DNA from: a virus
DNA length: 64,000 nucleotides
Virus record (IMG/VR): IMGVR_UViG_3300033753_000334
Coordinates: 1-64,000 of that record
Reading direction: 5' to 3' (one strand)
In this document: positions 9,478 to 19,727 of the stretch, piece by piece
Layout of the letters: the number at the start of each line of letters is the position of its first letter
Position numbering within the stretch: the first letter of the stretch is position 1
Translations under genes and position numbers: made by a program
Notes under the pieces: generated by a model
Seen by the model: only the letters and a program-made list of their open reading frames with translations
Databases searched by the model: none
Told to the model about the DNA's origin: nothing

Positions 9478-10101
9478 GTGGTGGTAGTCATGGATGAGAA
9501 AGAAAAGACTTCAGAGAGTGAAAAGGCGATTGTTCCAAGAGGGAGTATCGGAAAAATAGAGTTATGGGGACTCGAAAAAGATGTGATTGAGCTTCGAAAA
9601 ATGGGGCTATCTTATCAACAGATTGTAGATGAGCTATATCGTAGAGGTGCTGTTCCAGAAGGAGAAAAGCTGGACAAGTATGTAATCAAGCGGTTTTTGG
9701 ACAAAGTTCCTGAATTGAAAACAATTGTTCGTGGCAGCAAGAAGCGCATTGTGCAGGCTGTGTCTGCTGAGTTGGATATTATCTACGAAGTGAGTTTGTT
9801 TGCGGCCAAGTGCAGAAACTTATTGGAGTTGTTGGAAGAAGAAGCGTTGGAAAACTCCACGTTGCCTAATCCTGGTCACTTTAAGGCGCTGTCTAGCGAG
9901 ATGCGTGAATGGCTTAAGATGATGAAAGAAATTCAGAAGGAGATAGCCGACTACAACAATGTGCGAACGTTCATGAAAATTGTGTTGGAAACCGTCAAGA
10001 AAGAAGCTCCGCAGGCATTGCCGTCTATTCTGAGACAGATGCAGGAGATGAAAAGTTCGGCATGGTTTGATGGTATGGGAGAAGGAGGAGATGCAGAGTG
10101 A
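9478..10101 (+). CDS. Putative terminase small subunit
   Basis: HTH (LRKMGLSYQQIVDEL) plus helical oligomerisation region, upstream of terL. Confidence 0.65.
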   Translation: MVVVMDEKEKTSESEKAIVPRGSIGKIELWGLEKDVIELRKMGLSYQQIVDELYRRGAVPEGEKLDKYVIKRFLDKVPELKTIVRGSKKRIVQAVSAELDIIYEVSLFAAKCRNLLELLEEEALENSTLPNPGHFKALSSEMREWLKMMKEIQKEIADYNNVRTFMKIVLETVKKEAPQALPSILRQMQEMKSSAWFDGMGEGGDAE

Positions 10102-10250
10102 AAGAACGTGGATTTACATTGGAGAAGCAAGTAGGCCAGACGTTGGAAAAGGTAGATTTTTTTAAGGGATATAAGCGTCCTGAGTATTTCAAAGATGGAG
10201 GAAAATGCGATTGTAAAAATTGCTCATGCAAAAAAGGTGAGCGGTTATGA
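10098..10250 (+). CDS. Small Cys-rich protein (50 aa)
   Basis: GTG start coupled to the terS stop, stop coupled to the terL start; CDCKNCSC. Confidence 0.5.
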   Translation: MKERGFTLEKQVGQTLEKVDFFKGYKRPEYFKDGGKCDCKNCSCKKGERL

Positions 10251-11959
10251 ATAGTTTTGATTTAGATAAGTTACTTGGTGATTTCGCGGAGCTTGCTGAA
10301 GCCTACGAAGAAAGAGAAGGCATATGGCGTGAGGAGCCGCTAGATTTGTTTGCGTTTTGTAAAGAATATCTAGACATTACGCCGTATGAAGGAAAGCAGA
10401 CAGAGATCTTCCAAAAGATTAACGATGTCGTCATGTGGAAGATTACGCTGGATGATCGATATGCGGATGCAGCCGATCAAAACTTAACTGAATTGCTTTT
10501 AATGCTCGGAAAGGGCAGCGGTAAGGACTACATGCTCAGTGCTGTGTTCTGCTGGATTTCGTATCTGCTAAACTGCTTAAACAACCCGCAGGAAACGCTA
10601 GGTCTGGCAGAAGGAGAACCAATCGACCTCATCAATATCGCCAACAACACTCACCAGGCGAATGAGGTCTTTTTTTATAAGTTCAAACAGCGTCTTGCAA
10701 AGTGTAAATTCTTTAAACGGGTAGACCGTGAGCCGCGTACACCGTATGAGTATCAGCCCATGCGCTCAATGATTCGCTTCTTCAACGATATCAAGGCCCA
10801 CTCTACGCATGCGGATGCTGAAACACTAGAGGGTGTAAACCCGTGGGTCGTCGTGTTTGATGAAATTTCCGGGATTCCGTATGAACAGGCGGATAAGGTG
10901 TACGATACGTTCAGTTCATCAGCGGCCACACGGTATAATGATCGGATGCTTCTCCTATTCATCTCGTTCCCGCGACATCAGGGTGACTTTTTGTATGTGA
11001 AGTTTAGGAAGTGGGAACAGGAAGATACCCCGCATATTTGGGGGATTAAGGGCAAGTCGTGGGAAGTTAACCCAAAAGTTTCAAGAGCAAGCTTACAGAA
11101 GTTTTATGATAAAAACCCGGAAGATGCCAGGATGCGTTATGAATGTATTGCGCCGGAAGCGGAGGCGGGCTTCTTCGAGTTTCCGGAAAAAATTGATTAC
11201 GTAGTGGTGCCTGGTAAAATTGCACAGTGTCCGGATGTTGTGATTCAACCGAAAGTAACGACTCGCATGCTGAAAAACGAAACCGAAGTTCATTTTGTCG
11301 GGTTAGACATATTCAATCTACAACTCAACCCGGATTACACCTACTATCTTGGCGGTGATGGTGGTGTAACGACGGATAGTTATGTCCTGTGTTTAATGCA
11401 TGGTGAACAAACCATAAAACAAGAGACAGTGAACGGAGAAATTGTCACGACTGTTGTGAATAAACCAGTAGAGGATTTACTGATTGAATGGAGGCCAAAT
11501 AAGAAGGAGCGCTTGCCGGTTGATTTGATGAACGTAGCGGAAGTGATTGAGATGATATGCAACCAAGTGTATGTCAAAAAGGCGCTGTTCGATAAATTTA
11601 ATTCGGCCGATATTACACAGAGACTGATTTCACTGGGAGTAGATGCGGAAGATAAAAACTTTTCGAACCAGTTTCAGGTGGAGATATACAAAAACTTGCG
11701 CAGCCTTATCTATACGCAAAATATTGAGCTACTGGATCATCAAATTACGGATGGAAGTGAGCGATTGAATGCGAATGAGGAGTTAAAGAAACTCAAAATC
11801 ATCAATGATTCGAAGATTGACCACGATAAGCGGTACGGAAAAGATTTTTCCGATGCGCGAGCAGCAGCGACATGGATTTGTTCGATGGATGAGCCAGAAA
11901 GCGAGAGCCATGCGGCGGATGTTGGATTGTTTGGGGCTGTGCGTGGTTTGCGAGCATAA
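10247..11959 (+). CDS. terL: Terminase large subunit
   Basis: Walker A GKGSGKD, Walker B VVVFDE, ISFP coupling motif, RNase H acidic residues (GGD..DS, FDKFN, KDFSDA). Confidence 0.93.
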   Translation: MNSFDLDKLLGDFAELAEAYEEREGIWREEPLDLFAFCKEYLDITPYEGKQTEIFQKINDVVMWKITLDDRYADAADQNLTELLLMLGKGSGKDYMLSAVFCWISYLLNCLNNPQETLGLAEGEPIDLINIANNTHQANEVFFYKFKQRLAKCKFFKRVDREPRTPYEYQPMRSMIRFFNDIKAHSTHADAETLEGVNPWVVVFDEISGIPYEQADKVYDTFSSSAATRYNDRMLLLFISFPRHQGDFLYVKFRKWEQEDTPHIWGIKGKSWEVNPKVSRASLQKFYDKNPEDARMRYECIAPEAEAGFFEFPEKIDYVVVPGKIAQCPDVVIQPKVTTRMLKNETEVHFVGLDIFNLQLNPDYTYYLGGDGGVTTDSYVLCLMHGEQTIKQETVNGEIVTTVVNKPVEDLLIEWRPNKKERLPVDLMNVAEVIEMICNQVYVKKALFDKFNSADITQRLISLGVDAEDKNFSNQFQVEIYKNLRSLIYTQNIELLDHQITDGSERLNANEELKKLKIINDSKIDHDKRYGKDFSDARAAATWICSMDEPESESHAADVGLFGAVRGLRA

Positions 11960-12170
11960 AAGATAAATACATCTCCCGTACCTCCAGAAATGTATTACGT
12001 AGGTGAGACTTATGGTGTTACCTACGTTATACCACAGTATATGGGGGGGTGATGTAGATATAACCACTAATTAGATTGAAATTTCTGTATATTTTATAAA
12101 AAATAATAATATAACAGCTTGTTTTTGTGCTATCTAAAAACGAAATACAAGTACGAATAGACGAACATGC

Positions 12171-12491
12171 AAGTGAGAAAATCTCACTTCAAGATGAGGA
12201 ATTCTCACTTCAAAACTCAAAAAATCTTACTGCAATACCAGAGATTACTACAGAGATTACAAACAGAGAAAAAAGAGAAGAGGAAGAAGGCTCGGTTTGG
12301 TGCTATCAAAAGGAAAAATATGTATGATGTCAGCGTACCACCCTCCTGCGCTCTAATGCATGACCCTCCTACGTTCTAAGGTATCACCCTCCCGCGTTTG
12401 AACGTAAGACAAATACAGAGATTACTACAAAGAATACTACAGAGATTAAAAGAGAAGAAGAGGAGGAGGTAAGTGACCGTAGGAGGGTCAT
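12171..12491 (+). repeat. Two iteron/origin-like repeat modules
   Basis: Palindromic AAGTGAGA-AAA-TCTCACTT units; three ACCCTCC..CG.T.TAA-type repeats at 23-bp period (12340, 12363, 12386) and an inverted copy at 12478-91; CAGAGATTACTA 12-mers in both modules. Confidence 0.75.
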
Positions 12492-12846
12492 CAAAAAAAG
12501 CATAAATCATCCAAGCTATACATGTGTGGTTCAGCACTTGCATGCTTCTTGCTGTGGAAGTCAAAAGCTTACATCCAGAACGAATAAACTGTTGTTAAAA
12601 ACAAAGTACGCACATGTCGAGATACATTCCAAGTCCCATACATCGTCTAAACCACGTAAATGCCCCTGTATGGCACTTGAAACTTACTGTAGTGAAATTT
12701 ATCTACTTTCGTGTTTACATTGCTATACAAGGCTAAAATACATGGGAAAGTTTTTTTATCGAAAACAGGTGCTTTGTTGATTTTAACTTTTGAAGTTGAA
12801 TATAATAAAAATATGGAGATGCAAGCACGGGAGATGATGATCGGGG

Positions 12847-14295
12847 ATGGCGAGAAGTAGATATTCGAAACGAAAACGCAGTAAACAAAAGCAAGCATTG
12901 GCGAAGTCTACTGCACCGCTGACGAATGTTAATGATTTTGGTGGAGCCAGAATAACAAAGTCCAAACTGCGTACGGGTGATTCAGTACCAAGGCGTGTAC
13001 GGAGAGAGTTAAGTCTTGATGAGCGGAAACTGAATACATTACCTGTAGACGGGTTAATGGACTTACTTATCGACGCACATCCCGATGTCGGTTTTGCGCT
13101 GTGGAATTTCTTGAGAATCGGAAACACTGACTACACTATCAACGTGAAGAAGTTGAATAGCGATGGTGAGTTTGCACAAGGGAAAAAGATTATCAGCCAG
13201 TTTATTCAGGCATTGTCGATGCCGAATCCGGAACGGTACGAGAATAACAGATCGCTTGATAATGTGATTAACCAGTTACTATTGACGACAGTGACACGAG
13301 GAGCTGCGTCATTGGAGATGGTACTTGGAGAGTCGATGTCCGGCGTTGCATTTTTCGCCCCGATTGACCCGGCAACTATTGAGTTTAAATTTGAGAACGA
13401 TAGATTTATCCCCTACCAGGACAGCATAAGTCTTGATATTCCCACCTTTTTGTACGAAGCACTTGACCCACTTATTGATAGCCCAAACGGAAGAAGCCCT
13501 TTTTTGAACGCCATTCAAACCGTTATGTTTCAGTTACAGTTGTTGAATGACATAAAAGCTGTAGTACATAACCAGGGATATCCGCGACTGGATATTAAAG
13601 TTGTTGAAGAGCTAGTGCTTAAGCGGATGCCGCCAGCCATTCGACAGAACGAGGAGAAAAAACGGCAGTATCTACAGGATAAGTTACAGGAAATTATTGG
13701 GATGTATGAGTCGCTTGAGCCTGATAGCACTTTCGTACACTATGACAGTGTTGAAATGGGAATGGTCGGTGGTAAAAGTGGCGGCGGTGGTGCGATGTTT
13801 GATGTGGAGAAGTTAATGGCCGCCATCGATGGATTGCTTGCTGCTGCGTTGAAGACGTTAACGACTATACTTGGACGGAGAAGCACAGGGAATACGGAGA
13901 GTTTTGCTAAACTCGAAGTGAAATTGTATCTCAAAAGTGTTAAGGCGATTCAGGATGTGGTAGCAAAACTGTTGAGCCGAGCATTTACGCTTTTGCTTAA
14001 TCTACACGGTAAGCAAGGGGTTGTGACGTTTCGGTTTAAGGAAGCTGATCTTCGTAGCGATTTGGAACGTGCGCAGTTTGAGCAAATTCACCTGCTGAAT
14101 TGTCAGTTTAAATACAATATGGGTTGGTGGACGGCGGATGAAGCTGCTCAGGCCGCTGTCGGGCACAACGCTGTATCAGAGCCAATTTTGAATGTGGTGC
14201 CGAAAAATAAAGACGGTGAAACACCAAAAGGAAGCACCGATAGCAACCCGGATGCTGGTGGAAAAAGCTCGGAAACAGGAGATAGTTCGAGCTAG
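12847..14295 (+). CDS. Portal protein
   Basis: 482 aa, between terL and the head protease; PNGRSPF and helical C-terminal pattern typical of portals. Confidence 0.8.
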   Translation: MARSRYSKRKRSKQKQALAKSTAPLTNVNDFGGARITKSKLRTGDSVPRRVRRELSLDERKLNTLPVDGLMDLLIDAHPDVGFALWNFLRIGNTDYTINVKKLNSDGEFAQGKKIISQFIQALSMPNPERYENNRSLDNVINQLLLTTVTRGAASLEMVLGESMSGVAFFAPIDPATIEFKFENDRFIPYQDSISLDIPTFLYEALDPLIDSPNGRSPFLNAIQTVMFQLQLLNDIKAVVHNQGYPRLDIKVVEELVLKRMPPAIRQNEEKKRQYLQDKLQEIIGMYESLEPDSTFVHYDSVEMGMVGGKSGGGGAMFDVEKLMAAIDGLLAAALKTLTTILGRRSTGNTESFAKLEVKLYLKSVKAIQDVVAKLLSRAFTLLLNLHGKQGVVTFRFKEADLRSDLERAQFEQIHLLNCQFKYNMGWWTADEAAQAAVGHNAVSEPILNVVPKNKDGETPKGSTDSNPDAGGKSSETGDSSS

Positions 14296-14324
14296 ACATG
14301 TAGATTAGGTGCGACGGAAAGTAG

Positions 14325-14735
14325 GTGGAGATGCTGAAAGAGACGGATCTTTTTGAGCCGGTTAAGAATTGGTTTTTGGAGAACGGATATGAAGTGTATG
14401 CAGAAGTAACCGCACCAATGCTTATTGGCAGGCCGGATGTGGTAGCCAGAAAGCATCCGGTAACGATATGTGTGGAGTTGAAAAAGAGTATCTCGTTTGA
14501 GCTTTTGTACCAGGCACTTGAGCGTAAGCGGTACTTTAACTATGTCTACATCGGTATACCAAAACGAAAATCGATTATCCCTTATCTTGCTCAGGATATT
14601 CTCAGGCGTGACGAGACGCACTACTGCAATCCAAAACCATCACTAAGCAAAGCGCTGTTGGAGATCGAGCATGAATGGTGTGAGTCGAAGAAGGAGAATC
14701 GGAAGCTACACTTTCGGTTTAAAGGCTATTTATAG
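14325..14735 (+). pseudogene. PD-(D/E)xK nuclease-like protein, probably internally deleted
   Basis: YAEV..PDVVA..VELK..QA motif with an abrupt junction around RRDETHY. Confidence 0.45.
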
Positions 14736-14769
14736 TCCGGCGATTTTGCGAAAGAGCGGTGATAGAAGA

Positions 14770-14967
14770 GTGAGTGATTTCAAAGGGTATATAGGCAAGT
14801 ATTACACAATATGGTGCGGAAAGTGTATTAAGTGGGAGGATGTTCCGGTAAATAGCTATCCAGAAAAACAAGCCCGAAAAATGGGATGGAAGAATACGAA
14901 GGAGTACGGGTGGCTCTGTCCCGATTGTATAGCAGGAACTACAAGAGAATGGGATTTGAGAAAATAA
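14770..14967 (+). CDS. Small zinc-binding hypothetical protein
   Basis: CGKC...GW...LCPDC; GTG start near 14770. Confidence 0.55.
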   Translation: MSDFKGYIGKYYTIWCGKCIKWEDVPVNSYPEKQARKMGWKNTKEYGWLCPDCIAGTTREWDLRK

Positions 14968-15041
14968 CTATCCGCAAAACAGCTCATTTTGCCAAAGTAA
15001 TAAAACAAGAAAATCAAAAAAGCACCCTTAAAAGAGTGCCG

Positions 15042-15260
15042 TTATGCTTTTCGTATAAGTAGATAAACAATAAGTCCAGCTACAGGGAAAAAGAGAATAC
15101 CAATCGCGACAATTATAGCGAAAGTGCTGTTTCTTCCGTTACGGATGGCATCGTTATACGCCCAAACTATTGAGAATATGTGTAGGGCGAACAAAGCGAG
15201 CATTCCAAGTAAAACGATGATTCCAAAAATGTTGAATTGCATGAGCAAGCAAATCACCAT
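15042..15260 (-). CDS. Small two-TM membrane protein (moron)
   Basis: WAYNDA..R and PVAGLIVYLLIR pattern (PLDc_N-like). Confidence 0.65.
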   Translation of the reverse strand: MVICLLMQFNIFGIIVLLGMLALFALHIFSIVWAYNDAIRNGRNSTFAIIVAIGILFFPVAGLIVYLLIRKA

Positions 15261-15357
15261 CTCTCTGCTAAAATATATTTTACTATATCATACGGAATTG
15301 GAAGATAGAGGTTTCCGTTTGAAAGAAAAGTTTGGTCTATTCTAGCGGAGAAAGGAG

Positions 15358-16878
15358 ATGATATGCATGGGAAGAACACCAACGCCGGAACAATTGCAGC
15401 GGATTAATAGCAAGTTTGCTAAAACGCCATTGAAACCGGAACAAGTGTATGTATTTCGTACATACGCCGCAGATACAATTCCGATCAGGAGAAGCAGTTG
15501 GTTTGGTGAGTACACGATTACGATGACGGAAAGGATTCTGCGTGATTTACAAAAGGGATATGCGGAAGGGTGCCCGCTTTTGGCATCGCACAATGTGAAT
15601 CGTTTGCCATTTGGACTAACATTCGATAGCGTTGTCGAATACCAGTACAACGGTGAGGAATCGTCGCCTGTGCTTTACACTGACCAGTACATGGTCACGC
15701 ATACGTATGATGATGACGGAAATAAAGTGCCAATCAAAACAGAAGTTGGGGATATGAAAGTGTCAGACATTGCAAATGGCATTGATGCCGGAACGCTGGC
15801 TTCAACTTCTATCGGGTTTGAAATCACTCGTCCAATTTGTACCATATGTGGTCATGATATTCGTAAAGAACAATGCTCGCATTGGCCGGGAAGATACTAT
15901 GAAATGGATGATGGTACTCCAAAACGTTGCGATATTTTAGCGGAAGCAGGAGAAGCAATTGAGCAGTCAATCGTATATTCTCCAGCGGTTGCCAAGGCTA
16001 AAATTCAGCAAGGGTTTTCGCAATTAACGGGAGAGCGTTCAGATAGGGGGGGAACTGAGGAGAAAACGGTCTATTCTATTGATGATATCAAGAAAGTCCC
16101 GCTTGATGAACCGGTTGTGTGCCACTATTCAAAAAACGGCGGTGTAGAGTTGTTTACTCGTTCGCCGCGTCGTATTGAGCGGAAAGAGGAGAATCTATCA
16201 AACGTTAAGGAGATGAATAGTATGAGTGACACGAATGTAGAGTTTAAGGATATTCAATTGGCATTTGCAAAAGCTGGCATTAACTTTGATAAGATCGGCG
16301 ACATTCAAGCAGCAGTAAGTGCGGCATTGGCTGCGGAAAGCGAAAAGGCAACAGAAGCGCTGAACAAGCAACTGGAAGCGAAGGGTGCTGAACTAGCGCG
16401 TGTTTCTGCCGAACTGGACAGGTTGAAAACAGACTTTTCCGATGCTCAATCTAAAATCATGGAGCTTACCAGTCAAAATGAAGAGTTGTCCAAAAAAGCG
16501 GAATTGGCCGAGCAGTATCGAAAAGATTTGATCGAAGCTACAATTGAAGCGGGAATTCGTGCGTTTGGCAATGCGTTCAACAAAGAACGTCAGGAGAAGT
16601 ATTTGTCTACTCTATCCATTGAGGAACTGAAAGAAGAAAAAGCAGCGTATGAAGGTCAGTTCCAGGAACGATTTGCAGGGGCACGTACAACGAAGCCGAA
16701 ACAGCAAACGCGGACTGCTACGAACAGTGAATTCATGTATCGCTCGGATTTTGAAACGGAGCAGGAATTCCGCAACTATGTGGGATACGAAGCACGTAGG
16801 TTAGCGGCTGAAAAAGGGACGAACGTAGCAGATGAAACGGAAGCACTGTTCCGTAAACTCTCGCAAGAAAGGGTGTAA
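15358..16878 (+). CDS. Prohead protease/scaffold fusion
   Basis: LASHN and TSIGF protease motifs, CTICG..C.HWPG, C-terminal coiled coil; internal RBS and ATG at 16222. Confidence 0.85.
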   Translation: MICMGRTPTPEQLQRINSKFAKTPLKPEQVYVFRTYAADTIPIRRSSWFGEYTITMTERILRDLQKGYAEGCPLLASHNVNRLPFGLTFDSVVEYQYNGEESSPVLYTDQYMVTHTYDDDGNKVPIKTEVGDMKVSDIANGIDAGTLASTSIGFEITRPICTICGHDIRKEQCSHWPGRYYEMDDGTPKRCDILAEAGEAIEQSIVYSPAVAKAKIQQGFSQLTGERSDRGGTEEKTVYSIDDIKKVPLDEPVVCHYSKNGGVELFTRSPRRIERKEENLSNVKEMNSMSDTNVEFKDIQLAFAKAGINFDKIGDIQAAVSAALAAESEKATEALNKQLEAKGAELARVSAELDRLKTDFSDAQSKIMELTSQNEELSKKAELAEQYRKDLIEATIEAGIRAFGNAFNKERQEKYLSTLSIEELKEEKAAYEGQFQERFAGARTTKPKQQTRTATNSEFMYRSDFETEQEFRNYVGYEARRLAAEKGTNVADETEALFRKLSQERV

Positions 16879-16881
16879 GTT

Positions 16882-17310
16882 ATGGCAGGTAAAATTACAG
16901 GGATTGAAGTGGCGTATGCCATTGCCGCAGATAATGTAAATACAGATAATGGACTGAACGAAGTACCTATGTTTCGCATTCTGGTGTACGGTGATAAACC
17001 GGGTGAATGTAAACTGCCAACTGGCGCGGCTGGTGAAACATTCCTCGGTACGAACGCCAACGACCAACGCTTGCAAGATCAACGTATGGGTGGCGGCGGT
17101 CCACAAGCTGGCAAGCATCTTGCGGTCATGCGAAGCGGTTCAAGTTATGTAAAACTGACAGAAGATTGTCCGAAAGCAGGAACAAAATTGACGTTCGTTG
17201 CTGGCGGTTTCGCCAAGCCTGCATCCAGCACTGATCCGGTTATCGGAATTGCGGAACAGGCGGGTAAAGCCGGGGAATACATTTCGTTCTGGATTGCGCC
17301 ACAATACTAG
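16882..17310 (+). CDS. Head decoration/cement protein
   Basis: Gly/Ala-rich with VIGIAEQAGKAGE; directly upstream of the capsid gene. Confidence 0.75.
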   Translation: MAGKITGIEVAYAIAADNVNTDNGLNEVPMFRILVYGDKPGECKLPTGAAGETFLGTNANDQRLQDQRMGGGGPQAGKHLAVMRSGSSYVKLTEDCPKAGTKLTFVAGGFAKPASSTDPVIGIAEQAGKAGEYISFWIAPQY

Positions 17311-17376
17311 TTTCGCTGGTAGAGAAATTGAGGGCAGGAGGCAAGTTCACACAACACGAGAGGGAGATGAAATGAT

Positions 17377-18369
17377 ATGGGTGCATCGCGCGGGTATAAA
17401 TCAACGCAAGAGTCACATGATGATGTGCTACTTACCAACATTGCCGTCGGGTACCGGAACGGCCAATTTATAGCCGACAAAGTTTTCCCGGCACTGCCGA
17501 TGGTCAGTAAACAGTCGGACCGATACAAAGTATTCGGTATGGATGATTTCAAAGTGTTTGACGACAAAATTGCTCCAAATGGCCGTACAAACGAAATCAC
17601 GTACGGCGAATCAGAAGATACGTATTTTTGTGATGGACACGGTTTGAAGCGGCCTATTTCAAAACAGGAATACGCTAACAGCGACAACCAAGATGAGCTT
17701 GAAAAAAGCGCTACACGCCTTACAACCAATCTTGTTTTGCTGAACAAGGAAATTGACGCTGCAAATAAAACGATGAATCCGGCATCGTATGCCCCAGGTC
17801 TTTCTACAACAATGGGCACGACAACACTCGATAATATTTTCGGGAAAAAATGGACAGACCCTACTTCCGATCCGGTCAGACAGATTGACAAAGCGAAAGA
17901 AATCATCCACACGAATTCTGGCATCAGGCCGAATAAGCTAGTCTTATCAGAAAAAGTGTATACAGCGCTAAAAAACCACCCGCAGTTTATTGAACTGATT
18001 AAATATTCGCAGACCGGTATTGTCACGAAGGATCTGTTGAAGGCAGCGCTCGGCGTGGATGATATTTATATCGGTGAAGCGTTACGCACGGTAAATGGAT
18101 TTGGTGCAGTACCGCCAGGCAAACCGGAAGCGTTGAACTATATTTGGGGTAACAGTGCGGCGTTATTATACATTACGCCAACACCGGATCCAACATCGCC
18201 AACGTTCGGCTATACATTTGAATGGGATTTCGCTGGCGAAAAAGTAGCCCGTCGCGTTCGGAAGTGGGTAGATCAAGATTCCGAAGCCACGTATGTGGAA
18301 ACAAAATACTACTACGATCAAAAAGTAGTGTGTAACCTTGCTGGTTTCCTCATGGCTGATGCGATTTAG
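17377..18369 (+). CDS. Major capsid protein
   Basis: 330 aa; LTNIAVGYRN..FIADKVFP..V, KW..PTSDP and LKNHP motifs of HK97-fold capsids. Confidence 0.9.
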   Translation: MGASRGYKSTQESHDDVLLTNIAVGYRNGQFIADKVFPALPMVSKQSDRYKVFGMDDFKVFDDKIAPNGRTNEITYGESEDTYFCDGHGLKRPISKQEYANSDNQDELEKSATRLTTNLVLLNKEIDAANKTMNPASYAPGLSTTMGTTTLDNIFGKKWTDPTSDPVRQIDKAKEIIHTNSGIRPNKLVLSEKVYTALKNHPQFIELIKYSQTGIVTKDLLKAALGVDDIYIGEALRTVNGFGAVPPGKPEALNYIWGNSAALLYITPTPDPTSPTFGYTFEWDFAGEKVARRVRKWVDQDSEATYVETKYYYDQKVVCNLAGFLMADAI

Positions 18370-18385
18370 GTTAGGCGGTGATGTT

Positions 18386-18661
18386 ATGGCTGCACAAAAG
18401 CAACAAAAAGTAGGCGAAAAAATAGTTCACACTGCTCGCGAAACGCTGCGCATCGCGGAATATGCGCGTATTTACTCTTATGGATACAAAGTGATTGTTA
18501 CCAATCTTGGTTGTGGTGATGCCTATGTCGGGACCGATAATCAAGTAGTACCTTCACCGGAAACACTCTTGCCAGTGGGGGAAACGCGAGAGTTTGAGGA
18601 TACAGTAAATGCGTTCGCTTATTCGTGTCCGACGCTGGAAGTAAAACTTGTAGAGAAGTGA
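18386..18661 (+). CDS. Hypothetical head-associated protein
   Basis: ORF after the capsid gene, followed by a terminator. Confidence 0.65.
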   Translation: MAAQKQQKVGEKIVHTARETLRIAEYARIYSYGYKVIVTNLGCGDAYVGTDNQVVPSPETLLPVGETREFEDTVNAFAYSCPTLEVKLVEK

Positions 18662-18665
18662 AATC

Positions 18666-18694
18666 AATCCCATCGCCTGTGCGGTGGGATTTTT
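18666..18694 (+). terminator. Rho-independent terminator after capsid genes
   Basis: AATCCCATCGC-CTGT-GCGGTGGGATT followed by T tract. Confidence 0.75.
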
Positions 18695-18711
18695 AGCAAG
18701 GAGGAAGCGAA

Positions 18712-19119
18712 GTGATTATTCTCCAACCTGGATTTGAAGGGGCGGTACGGTCGAAACTTGGCGTGTCACAGAAAGAACTACCGGACAGTGAGATCAACAC
18801 TCCATTTCTTGTAGATCGGGCAGAAGCGGATGTGATTCGACGGGTGCCAGAATATGCTACGCTGACCGACCCATTGGATAAGCTGAATTTGCAGGATGCT
18901 GTTATTACGTATATCGCAATGATGATAGCCCCATCCATGGTACGGCGGTTAAAATACAAGGTCAAGACCATTGATGTGTCGTGGGAGAAGGAGAAAGTAG
19001 ATTGGGAGGCGTTTGCTGCTCGTCTGCGTGATGAATATGAAGGACTTATCTGTGAGCTTACCGGATATGATTCACCATTAGTAGGACGAATCGATGTAGA
19101 GCCGAGGAACACGTTATGA
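18712..19119 (+). CDS. Head-tail adaptor
   Basis: Size and position; helical. Confidence 0.6.
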   Translation: MIILQPGFEGAVRSKLGVSQKELPDSEINTPFLVDRAEADVIRRVPEYATLTDPLDKLNLQDAVITYIAMMIAPSMVRRLKYKVKTIDVSWEKEKVDWEAFAARLRDEYEGLICELTGYDSPLVGRIDVEPRNTL

Positions 19120-19727
19120 TTGACGACAAACGCGACATTATCATTTCGGAAGGTGTGCCTGTAGATGTATATGGGGTTAACTATGCCGTATCTACCGTTG
19201 CGATTATCGGAAGAGCCTCTACTTCTACGTCTACGTTGATTGCACTCGAATCCCATCGCCGCGCCAACTTCTTGCCGGAAGTACCACTGCCATGTGGTTC
19301 CACTGTATACAACAACGTTACAAGAGAGCGCTATGTGATTATTTCAACGTTTGATGAGGTTTTAGAGGGCGAGAAAGCTGCAACTATTTGTATCATGTAT
19401 TTGTGCAATGCAGAGTTAACCGTGAGTAGCGTTTTAGAAGATGCGGATGAGAATGGTAATATTACGCTGATTGAAGTAGAGAAGTATAAAAATGTACCTG
19501 TTCATATCACGCAGGTAAATGCAGAACTGAGGCAAATGGATCCGGGCCTATCACCGGATGCAGAATATGTGATTTATATGACCGGATACGACTTGGATAT
19601 ACTCGACAAGTTTGTGGTGAGGAAAGGGAGCAGAGAGCTCGCGTTAAAGGTACTGTCTTGTGATTACTTTGTATTCGATGGAGCGGTGCAGATTCAGGCA
19701 GGCACAGAAACGAGGCGACAGTCATGA
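19116..19727 (+). CDS. Head-closure/head-tail joining protein
   Basis: Position, beta-rich, translationally coupled. Confidence 0.55.
   Translation: MIDDKRDIIISEGVPVDVYGVNYAVSTVAIIGRASTSTSTLIALESHRRANFLPEVPLPCGSTVYNNVTRERYVIISTFDEVLEGEKAATICIMYLCNAELTVSSVLEDADENGNITLIEVEKYKNVPVHITQVNAELRQMDPGLSPDAEYVIYMTGYDLDILDKFVVRKGSRELALKVLSCDYFVFDGAVQIQAGTETRRQS

Noticed and set aside
12238-12470. CRISPR-like array from CAGAGATTAC repeats
   Set aside because: Tandem 12-mers without regular unique spacers
12127-12780. Short ORFs between terL and portal
   Set aside because: No good RBS, overlapping frames, dominated by repeats; better explained as origin-like DNA
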